Positions 25,024-36,100 of a stretch of 64,000 nt of DNA are shown piece after piece. The stretch comes from Azolla caroliniana. Taxonomy: Eukaryota; Plantae; Polypodiophyta. Positions within the stretch are counted from its first letter, which is position 1. Each line of letters begins with the position of its first letter. The notes beneath the pieces were generated by a model. It had not been told where the DNA came from. It worked only from the letters and a program-made list of their open reading frames with translations, and ran no database searches. The translations under genes and the position numbers were made by a program. Location: positions 19,096,001 to 19,160,000 of the forward strand of contig JBHGNT010000010.1 of NCBI GenBank assembly GCA_043228905.1, read 5' to 3'.

Positions 25024-27258
25024 ATGGCAGAGCTCTGTCGTGTAGATATAGTGGACAAATACATCTGCATTCTGAATGAGCATAGAAGAAATGAAGACTT
25101 AAGGAATGCCGATTGTGTCTATGTTCACATGTGCAGCCGAGGTCTTGATACACACATATCCCTAGAGAACTACCTTGTCCCATTGTTTGTGAAATGTGGA
25201 AGCTTATCACGTGCTCAACAAATATTCAAAAGGCTTAGATGCCCGAATGAGCATTCATGGACATCTCTCATTGATGGGTATGTAGGATGTGGGAACTTAC
25301 ACTATGCCTTTAACCTACACATGAAAATGGAAGAAGAATGTGTAGATCCTTCCGTATATACCTCCCTTTGCTTATTGAAAGGTTGCAATAAATTTGGATG
25401 CATAGACATAGGCATGGACGTTCATGGTCATGTTGTCAAAGAAGGGTATGATGCTGATATCTTTGTGGCAAGTAGTCTCATGGATATGTATGTAACCTCA
25501 GGTTTCCTTGAAGAAGCACAAGAAGTGTTTGATGAGATTCTCATAAGAGATATCGCAATGTGGAACGTGCTGATTTCTGGATATGTAAACCATGGGCTAG
25601 GCAGAGAAGCCCTTTTGTGCTTGGAAAAATTGGAGTCAGAAGGTCTATCCCCAAGTGAGATCACTATTGTCTCCACCTTGAAAGCTTGTTCTTCCATACA
25701 TGATTTAAAGAAGGGACAAAGAATATTCAATGAGGCTATAAAAAAAGGTTTTGATGGGAATAAATTCGTCGGAAATACATTAGTGGACATGTTTGCAGGT
25801 TTTGGGTTGGTTGAAGAGGTACAATGTATATTTGATAAATTGCCAGTGAAAGACATGGTGACATGGAATGCTTTAATTTCAGGATATGCAGACTATGGCT
25901 TCAGCCATGAAGCTCTAGATTGTTTTGTTAAACTAAATTCCGAGACTGATCTCCAGCCAGATAGCATAACATTCTATAGCTGCTTGAAAGCTTGTGGAAA
26001 TTTAGGAGCTATAGAAATGGGTCAACAATTACACACTGAGATAATCAGGCAAGATCTTGAAATCTCAACATATATCGGAAGTGCCTTTGTATATATGTAT
26101 GCCAAATTCGGATGGGTTGAAGAAGCCCAAGAAGTGTTTGCTTCTCTACACGCACATGATATAGCTTCATGGAATGCATTGATTTCTGGCTATGCTGAGC
26201 ATGGGCCTAGTGAAGAAGCCCTCCTTGCTCTAGAGCTCATGCAATGTGAAGGTGAAGCTCCAAATTCATGCACTTTTACTCATTGTCTAAAAGCATGTAG
26301 CAACATCTTTTCTATATGCAAGGGTCAGCATATTCATACACAGATAGTTGCAACAGGTTTGGAAAAAGATCCCTTCATTGGAAACACATTGGTTGATATG
26401 TATGGTAATTTTGGCTTTATTGAAGAAGCACGAGATGTGTTTGATAAGTTGTCGGCACATGATATTGTCTCATGGAATGCAATGATTACAGCTTATGCAG
26501 AAAATGGGCTAGGCAATGAAGCAGTGGATTGTTATAATCACATGAAAATGAATGGCTTCATTCCAAATGGTGCAACATTTATTAGCAAACTGAAAGCCTG
26601 TGGAGCTATCGGGTCAATAGAAAAGGGTAGAGAAGTGCATGCTGAGGTTGTAGAAGAAGGCTATGTGAATGATCCCTTTGTTCCGATAGCATCTATTGAA
26701 TGCCTGTATGTATCTACTGCACTAATTGATATGTATGGAAAATGTGGAAGTATGGTAGATGCCCAAGATGTATTTGATGAAATGCCGACTCAGCATATTG
26801 TCACATGGAATGCGCTCCTTTCAGGATATACATGCCGAGGAGAGAATATAATGGTTTTAGAGCTTTTCGAAAGGATGAGAAGTGAAGGTGTACGCCCAGA
26901 TGACATAACCTTTCTTTCTGTTCTTAATGCATGTTGCCGGACAGGCTCTCTATGCAAGGGCCAAGAGTATTTTGAGACAATGAGCAAAATCTATGACATT
27001 ACACCGACAATTAAACATTATAATTGCATCGTTGATCTTCTATGCCGAGCAGGAAGAATAAAAGAAGCGGTGCTGATGGTTGAAAATATGTCGTTGCAGC
27101 CAGATCAAGTTACGTGGAATATTGTATTAAGCTCATGCCAAAACTGGGGTGATGTAGATCTTGGTAAGGAAGCATTTGAACACACAATGACCTCAGAGTG
27201 CAGAAGCCGTTCAGCATTTGTCTTGATGTCAAACATATGCACAAGCAAGATTGCATGA
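25024..27258 (+). CDS. PLS-class PPR protein with (partial) E domain, putative organellar RNA-editing factor
   Basis: Long intronless ORF (first ATG 25024) with PLS triplets. Ends with HYNCIVDLLCRAG...PDQVTWNIVLSSC...AFVLMSNI. No DYW. Confidence 0.92.
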   Translation: MAELCRVDIVDKYICILNEHRRNEDLRNADCVYVHMCSRGLDTHISLENYLVPLFVKCGSLSRAQQIFKRLRCPNEHSWTSLIDGYVGCGNLHYAFNLHMKMEEECVDPSVYTSLCLLKGCNKFGCIDIGMDVHGHVVKEGYDADIFVASSLMDMYVTSGFLEEAQEVFDEILIRDIAMWNVLISGYVNHGLGREALLCLEKLESEGLSPSEITIVSTLKACSSIHDLKKGQRIFNEAIKKGFDGNKFVGNTLVDMFAGFGLVEEVQCIFDKLPVKDMVTWNALISGYADYGFSHEALDCFVKLNSETDLQPDSITFYSCLKACGNLGAIEMGQQLHTEIIRQDLEISTYIGSAFVYMYAKFGWVEEAQEVFASLHAHDIASWNALISGYAEHGPSEEALLALELMQCEGEAPNSCTFTHCLKACSNIFSICKGQHIHTQIVATGLEKDPFIGNTLVDMYGNFGFIEEARDVFDKLSAHDIVSWNAMITAYAENGLGNEAVDCYNHMKMNGFIPNGATFISKLKACGAIGSIEKGREVHAEVVEEGYVNDPFVPIASIECLYVSTALIDMYGKCGSMVDAQDVFDEMPTQHIVTWNALLSGYTCRGENIMVLELFERMRSEGVRPDDITFLSVLNACCRTGSLCKGQEYFETMSKIYDITPTIKHYNCIVDLLCRAGRIKEAVLMVENMSLQPDQVTWNIVLSSCQNWGDVDLGKEAFEHTMTSECRSRSAFVLMSNICTSKIA

Positions 27259-29625
27259 ATTGGAAGCAATTGGATCAAAGGTGAAATGGAGGTGACCAAA
27301 GATATGTTTGATTATAAAGAACCATACAAATTCTATAATGTTTGTTATGACACCTGGTATACATGGTAGATGACAACAGGGTCACTGGTGTAGAGTTTCA
27401 GGGGTGATCTATGAACACCAATAAACATCAAATAGCCCAAGCAATGAAAGTAGGAGCAATTGGATTACAAAGGCAAGGTTATGCTATTAAGGTGGATGGT
27501 TCTCATCTACTTTTCTGGTAAGCAAACTATTCTATTATTACAGGGACTGCGTGATGCTATAAAAGCCGATGATTGGGAGGTGAATATCATCTACTTACAC
27601 TCCTAACATAGGGGGGGATCGAGAATGCTCTCGTACACATTACCCAGTTTGCAAAGAATGTAACATTATAAAAATGCATGTACATAAGCACGTGCTTAGC
27701 TACAAGAGCTTTCCTTCCTTAGTTTGTGGCCAATGTAGATACTTTGTTTATCTACTATGTCCTTTTTCCGGTAATACGTTAGGTTAATGATTAGGAAACC
27801 TCGATATGAGGCGGAATCCTACAAACCATTATTACGAGGAAATGTATGGTGCATTGCAAGCATAACAATGCTCGTTTCCTGTTACAACATCATTTCAAAT
27901 TAATTTGCTGCTATAACATAATAGCACATGGTTACTCTAATGTCTATGTAGATAACCAATCCATGTATTGTCCCTACATGTGCCCACTTATCAGCAACAT
28001 TCCCCGACTTGGTCTACCCGGTACCCCAATACATTAAGGTGTTAGGAACCTCTAGTAGAGCTCACTTGTGTTTAGAGTGCATACGGATTTCATGTATCAC
28101 GCATTAACACACAGTGCAACAAGTGGCAATCACACATCACATGCACTCATACGTGCACTCTTATTCGAACACCTATTTAAGGAGAAGGAATCGAAGCATC
28201 TAGAAATAAATGAAAATACAATAATCTAACAATCAATCAATGAACCTTGCTCATCGAGAAAGGTTTTGCATCTCTCAAATTTGAAGTCAAGGGTTCAAGT
28301 CAAGTTTGGTAGAGATATGGTGTCATCTTTACGATGGAATAACTTTGGTAAATAAAATCTTGTGATCCCAATTAAAATAGAACATGCTTTTATCATATAT
28401 TGTCTTCATTCTTCATCTTTAATCCTACTCTATATCTCTCTCCTTTTCCTTTACAAACTTTCCACATTCATAACCTGGTGGTTCTGACACACCACTCACG
28501 AACTCTACTACAACAAATTTAAAATAGAATTGGATATTAAGATTATTTAAGCTATACTACCCATCAAAAGATGTTCAATAACAACCCCCAATTTGGACAA
28601 AATCAAATATCATAATTCTCCACAAGTTAGGTCCCATAGAAAATTTAATTCATGGGCAATGTTGTTATTGTAGGTCTATTATGATGACAAAGGCGTCAAT
28701 GTGATTCGGGGTATAACGTGAAAGGTGGTGACCGCATTGGCTAGCTCCATCATACCCTCAGTTTATTTCCATAACTATTGGATTTGAATACAATTGTAAG
28801 TACTTGATTTGTTGAATATAATAGTGATGCACATAGTAACAGTGTTGCATTGTAAACATCACTAAATTCTCTCATACTATCCTCAACCTTGAAATACAAG
28901 TTGATCCCAATTTAAAACAATCTCTTAGTGTCCTTCACTCCTCCATGTTGACAAACTCTAGGTTTTTCCACAAGTTCACACATTTCTTCTAGTATTCCTT
29001 GAAGTCTTTGATTCACATCATGACAAGGAAGCCTCCCGAGTCGTCTTGAGATTCTATGGTTTGCCATTCTATATAACAGGAAATGAACCTAACTTTTAAC
29101 TTCACAGTCTAATTGATTGTGTATTGATAGAGGTTGTTATGATGCTTGAATCACTCTCATATATACATCCGTCACTTTACCCATCTAAATGGCGTGTGCT
29201 TAAATGAAGAGAAAACTACGACAACATGCTTGTCATTGGTGAGTGTAGAGTGGTTCATCACCACACGTGTGGTACATTTGAGTTTCCTCTAGTAAAGTGT
29301 AATGTGTCATGTCAAGCCAAGCAAAAAGAACCATGGATAGAATTTGTTGAGTAATGGTATGACCAATGATAACTAAATGAAGCAAGAATAATGACATAGC
29401 TTTGATGAATCGTACCCAATGACAAGTTTGTTGCAGACATGCTTTCTGTGGGAATGAGTGTGGAACGAAACATGACAAGAGGTTTATGGAGGGCACCTAG
29501 AGGCAACGAACCGAACATTGCTTGGGTGATCGAATAGAGACAAGGCTGCAGATTCATCGATGATCCGTTTTCGAGGACATTCATGTATATGGGAGTAGAG
29601 TGTGGAACAAAACACAGTTATACAG

Positions 29626-29629
<4 letters not shown>

Positions 29630-29672
<43 letters not shown>
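29630..29672. repeat. (CT)n microsatellite upstream of the HIBCH-like gene
   Basis: Directly visible. Confidence 0.9.
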
Positions 29673-29676
<4 letters not shown>

Positions 29677-30121
29677 ACGAGAGAACAGTTAGATACAAGG
29701 TTATAGATTCATCAATGACCCATTTTCGAGGACGTTCGCGTCTATGGGAGTATCTGAGTGTGAAAACCAAAGACAAGAAAGAGGTTATATTGAGGGTTCT
29801 CGAGAGATCGTGAGAGAACATATCGGTCGGTAGAGGGCTGTCGAGATGATGAGAGAAACATTGATCCTTGCCGCATAGAGACCCCGTGATTCACCAAGTA
29901 ATTTCTTCAGTATTAAATTTATATATATGTCTACATATTATTAATTTTGCTTCTTAAGAAACCATAGTACCTTAAATAATTAATTTAAGAAAAACAATAA
30001 CTAGTTATTAATTTCTTCTCGAGTGTTTAGGGTTTTAGGGTAAAGATTTTCCCCACGGTCTTTTCTGCATATTGCTTCTTCTTCTTCTCCTTCTTCAAAT
30101 TCTTCAGGGTTTCGATCAAGC

Positions 30122-33100
30122 ATGAACGTGTTGATCAGTCGTGGCCTGAGCTCTCGTGTTGCAACTCTAAGCAACCCCAAACGTAGCAATGCTCTCACAT
30201 CTTCCATGGTATGTTTTTCAAAACTCTCCGTCTCTCTATTTCATTTCTTTCAAACCTGTAAAACACAAAATCCTTAATCGGAGGTGTCCATCATATTTTC
30301 TCCAAGATAATGAAACCCTCAAATGGTTTGTTTTTTCAAGAGCTTAGGATTTAGGTCATCCATATGAATTTCAAAGTCAAACTCCGTTGCTTTTCTCAAA
30401 ACTAAATAAAAGCTAACTCACATAAAAGAAGATGGTGTTTTTAGGTCAGATGCATTTTACTTCAGTAAAAAGACCTAAATCTTATTTAAACTGCGTTGGT
30501 CTGGGTTTGGACACAATGTCTATTTTCTAGAGATAAAAAAATCCTCATTCTTATAAAATAGTATGTTAAACATGCTAATTAAATGAGTTTTAGGTTGAGA
30601 TCATTTTTGTTTTCCAAAGATAAACCCTAATTCTTAACATGTTTTAAGGTCATAGGAAAATTTCATATTTTCAACTTTAAATAGAACCATAAGTTATTGA
30701 AAAAGAGGTGATGTTTTTGTTGACGTAATGCATGTTTAGGTGAAGATAAACAAACCCTAATTGATGTAATTTTTTAAAGACAAATGAACCCTAAGTCAAT
30801 ACAAGATGGGGTGTTATTGCTAATATTATGAGACATTATTTTCTTCCTTGAAACTGACGTGAACCGTAGTTAGAGAACTGTTTTATCTTCTCTTCAAACT
30901 TAAAGAAGCTCTAATCAGAGGCCCATTTTGTATGTTCAAAGATAATGAAACCTTAACATTCTGCCTTTCAAACATATATATCAATTTAGTGTGCAAAGTT
31001 TCAGAAAGTATTTTCTCAACCCAATCAAACTCTGATTCCGATCTCCAAAGATGAAGTCATCATAACAAGGTAGCTTTTCTGGAAGGTCCAACTGGGTCAC
31101 CTCCTTTTCAGGGAGAGTCAAGGCTTTTTCAGGCGGCAACTTTTCTACTGATTCTCTATATTCAAATCAGAGGGCTGTTTCTTTTCTTCAAAACTGAAAA
31201 ATCCTTATAATTATATAAATATTATGATATGCAATTTCTGTAGACTATTTCTTTCTTCAAACATAATTGAAGGTTCATCTAATTTTTTCAAAGGTAAATA
31301 AAACCTTGTCAGAGGGCCATATTTGCCTTTTCAAAGACAAACAATGTTAAATATAATCAATGATAAGCCCCAAGTTGTAAATCTATCCCCATATGTGCTC
31401 TTAGAGTGCACATTTTGTGATAGCGCCCCAAATGAGGAGCGGCTAGTGTGCAACTCGACCATATGGGTCGATAAGGTGTTAATCTAGGAAATCGTAGATG
31501 CGTAGGACACAATGGATTTAGGAAAGAGCGAAATAGGTAATAGGATTGGCTAATCAATTCAACTAGTATATTTTGTGGGCAAGTTACGATGTACTTAAGT
31601 CTTGAAGTATGTGCCATTGACTTCAAGATAAGTACTATCTAGCACTAGCCTGTATCTAGGGAGTTGGGTCATATTAAATGACAAGTGAGTTGACAGAAAA
31701 GGAATATCTCCACGACTATCAACTGACTTGCAAATTTAATGTTATACTCAGACCAAACATAGAACATAATCCACTTTCTTACACAGTGGTTGGATTGATC
31801 ATCAGTCCCACTAATTTAGTGAGCTGGTCCAGATCCCATCTAACCTCTAACGTGTGAGCGCATCGGTGAACTACCATTGTGAGCTACTCTCATATGTAAT
31901 AGAAGTTTTGTTTTCATATGTCGATCTCTGTGGTTGTAACTCTATATACCTACCTAATTGATTCTCAATATTTCTAACAAACAAAGCCTAAATCATGAAA
32001 AATATTGCCTGTTGTTTTTTATCATATAATGTGTTTTTAGGTCAGAGACTATTTGTTTTGTTCAAAGATACTAAAACCCTAATTCGTAAAAATAATATGG
32101 TGCTTTAAGTGATGTAACATATGATCAAATCAGAGGACATTTATTTTTTCAAAGATAAACGAACAACGATTTTTATATAGTGTTTTTGCTCATGTATTTT
32201 TAGGTTACTCGGCTAAGGAAATTTTATGATAAATGGGAGCATGAGGATGGTGTCAACATGGTTATTCTTCAAGTGAGTTCTGTGCTTGCTTAGTCTGATC
32301 AGATACTATGTATCCGTGCTTTGTGTTTCTGAATGTTTCTGCACAAATTTCCTATCGAGAAGGGTTCAGGTGGAAGCTTCTCTTCAGGAGCAGATGCAAA
32401 AGAGCTGTATAAAAATGGCTTAGAAGGTACCAGATCTTTTAGTTTTTAAGCTGTTATCTTTAAGATCTTTCCAATTTACTCGCAAAAGAGATATATAAAT
32501 ATGGATTAGAAGACCAACAAATTCTAGTAGTTTGGATGATATATTTTTCAAGCAGCTACAATCAAAATATCAGGTTTATTTTACAGAAATTCCTAGAAAA
32601 TAGAAAATTACCAAAGAAAGCATTGTCTTTTATAAGGGTAATGTTATCATTTTCAACCCAGGGACATCAAAATGTATCCAAACTATGAGTTTCGAAGATT
32701 TTCATTGTGAGGTTCTTGTTTAACTGATTTGTGAATATTGGATGTGTCATCTTTGCCACTGTCTTGGTTTGCAGCTTTCGATTACTAGTTACATCAGCCT
32801 TATCTAAGAATTGTGAATGGCCATCCTGTTTAACATAAGAGCATTGATTGATCACTAGGAGAAACCAATGGTTCTATGTGTAGTCGAGGAAAATAAAACA
32901 TATAGAGTGATTATTCCTTCTGTCTCACCTCAAATATATTTAGCCGAGTAAATTCTTTCAACATCACTTCATTAAGATACCAGCCATGAATTTTTGGGGA
33001 AATTGAAGGTATCTGAAATGCTGCTTGGTGTTATCTGTAATCAGAGACTTATGGACAATAAGGGCAGGGGTTGCTTTCCCCTCTACTCAGAATCTGACAA

Positions 33101-36100
33101 AGTGAGGTCGCCAAGTCACAAAATCTCCTGATAAACAGTCTTTGAGAATATAAGACAGATACAGATGGCCCTAGTGTCGTGTTGTCAGTGTCCCCAAACC
33201 ATGATCTGCTATTGTCCACCATAAGTCTCCCATTTATGTGTCATAATATTTCATTGTCCTTATCACTTGTCTTTCTTCTCCCTAGCAATGAGCTTCTGCG
33301 TATACACTGCATCCATATAGATGTATACATGTGTATGAACGGCCATGAATTTGGCATATGAACCATGTTTGCATGTGAGTGTATATATGTAAGGGTCATC
33401 ACACTAAACAGAAATGTTTCATCACTTCAGGAGTTGGCATCTTGAATGGACCTGAGTATCCAGTGCATGAAATATTTTGCTAAGAACTGCGCGATGGTTG
33501 TTCTAATTTTTTATGTAATTTCTGTATTTGGTTTGGTTAAATGTTGATCTAAGATCTGCAGGGAAATTTGAAACCTGCCGAGAATTCTTCAGAGAGCTGT
33601 ATAAATTGAACTATACAATGGGAACATACAAGAAGATGCAGGTAAACTTGAGCAATGAATAAGTTACTCAATGCTTGCTTTTCCTCGTTCCATTAGATTA
33701 AACACTTAGATTGTATAGATACACACAGATTTCTGGCATTGCTTATTTTGGTAGGTCTCTGTTGTGGATGGACTTGCTGTTGGAGGAGCTTGTGCATTGA
33801 CATCGTTTTCACAGTTTCAGTTAGCAACAGAGAAAGCTGTAATAATTTCTTGCTCTCTTTTTACCTTTATGAGCACATTTATATGATGACTGATTTCTTT
33901 ACTCGCTTTTGCACAGTAACCTTAAGATGCATGCAATGCTCAATCATTCCATTAAAAACTTTAATTAAGGAATCAGTGCCTTTGGTTGACTGTTGCTTAT
34001 TGCAGGCTTTTGCTTCTCTTGAGACACGGATGGGTTTTCATCCAGATGCTGGAAGCTCCTTCATATTATCATGTTTGAAAGGGTCCTTTGGTGAGATCTT
34101 CTCAGCATTTGGGGTATTTTATTTTGTGAGGATGGGGTTATAGTCTTATGATAGAGGATGCACTTGTTGGGTTTAACTGGCTAGTATGAATATGGCATTT
34201 GATTCCTATTACAATGTGCTTGCTAATGTGATGGTTATTTTATATGCGCAAAAGACTGAATCAGAGTTTATGCCCAGGAGAATATCTTGCCTTGACTGGT
34301 GAAAGGTTGGACTTAACTGACATGATAATGACTAGCCTTGTAAGGAGCCCAATCGATAGCAAGGTCAGGGTATTCCTTGTATCATCTCAGCAGAGAATGT
34401 TTTCTCCTTTCTATATTGATTGAATTATTTGGTTACCAATATGTCCCCTACAGAGAATACCAGAAATAATGCATCAATTGCATTCACTGGACACTACTGA
34501 TGAAGAGATTGTGGAACACATTCTCGAGGGTTTTGAAGATGGAATAGAAGTGGATCCAGATAGTTTCTTGCATAGGTATACAGGCTTTTTATCAATACAT
34601 TATAAACATAGAATAGTGAATATATCTGTGGTGGTGATCCATAATTCATGAATATTTTAATGATATAGGAGGATTAATAAATTTATTGCAAAAATACGTA
34701 AGAAAAAAGTAGAATGCATTCAATCAAAATATATAAATAGGGTTTCGGGTTTAGGTAAGAGACGGGGAGAGTGGTGAGGATAATGATGGATGTGGGATGT
34801 AATGAGTGAAAAGGGCAGAGGGGGGTTGGTTAAGTATGATTGAAAAGTGTGTCAAGAGGGGGTATAACTATTTAAAAAAGGGATATGGGGGGGATCTAGA
34901 GAATTTAGTGTTGACTAAGAGTGCATGGATGGATTTAGATTTAGTCCAACAAATGAAAGGTCTAGATAAGCTAGCTAGTTCGGGGTTTAAAAGAAGGTCA
35001 TTATGTAGATTTTTTAGGAGTTTTATGGATACCTAGTCTAGGGGTATTTCTAGAATAACGAAGTTTGAATATGGTAGGGGTAAGGGTGGTTTTAGGTTTA
35101 TTATTATACAATAGGGTTTTTCTAAGTCTAAAACGGACTTATTTGTAATTTCGTAAAATGGAGGGGGGGTAACCTCTATTACATAATCGATGAAAGAAAA
35201 GTTTTTTCATGTTATATTGGTATGAGTTTTTGGGTTTTTTGGAAGCAATTAAAAGTGAAGGATGAGCGATCTAGATTGACCCAAAGATCCAAAAATAGTA
35301 CAGGGGTGGGAAAGGTTTGGACAATTAATTTGATACATTGGTTGGCTATAGAAACCTAGATAATTGAGGAGTTGTGCTTCAGTGCATGTCCATATGCCAA
35401 AGACATCATCGATGTACCTAGTAAAAAGTAGAGGTTGGGGTGTCTAGGTTGTGAGTTTTCTAGATGTGCTAGAAAGAAGCCACACACAGAAGCCAATTTT
35501 ATTTTACACAAACCCCCTAAAGGCTATAAAATATGTGATATTTATTTCCTTCTAAATTACACAAAAATCCTATTAGTTTTAGACCAATATGTTCTTATAA
35601 TAACTCCATCTTCGAACAAACTTCTAAATGGCTCCACCACCAGCAACTACCCATCCTTTGCCTACACAAACAATACCTCAATGATCCCACACACTTATAC
35701 AAACCCTAGAAAACCTCCATCCACCCCGTAATAGCTTTATCTTTACAATTGATATAGAAGCACTCTACCCTAGTATCCCCTGTAAATTAGGTTTAGAAAC
35801 CCTACATAAAATCACTGCCCCTCACTTCACCTCCTCTAAAACCTTTTAAATCTACACACTTAGTGCACTTGTCCTTGAATACCACTTCCTCTTGTTTGAT
35901 AATACTACTACCAACAAATCAAAGGCACAACAACTATGGGGAGCAATTTCTTCTATTGTATACGCTTGCTTCTTCCTAGCCTACCTAGAAAACTCTTAGC
36001 CATTACACCCAAACCTCTATTTATTTAGAAGATATGTAGATGATGCCTTTGGCATTTGGACAGGCACTAAGACACAAATCCTTGATTATTTAGACTTTCA

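Noticed and set aside
27600-28520. Possible solo LTRs (also 37140-37970, 61650-62060)
   Set aside because: Purine tract, TG...CA and PBS-like hints are present, but I could not establish paired ends or target-site duplications.
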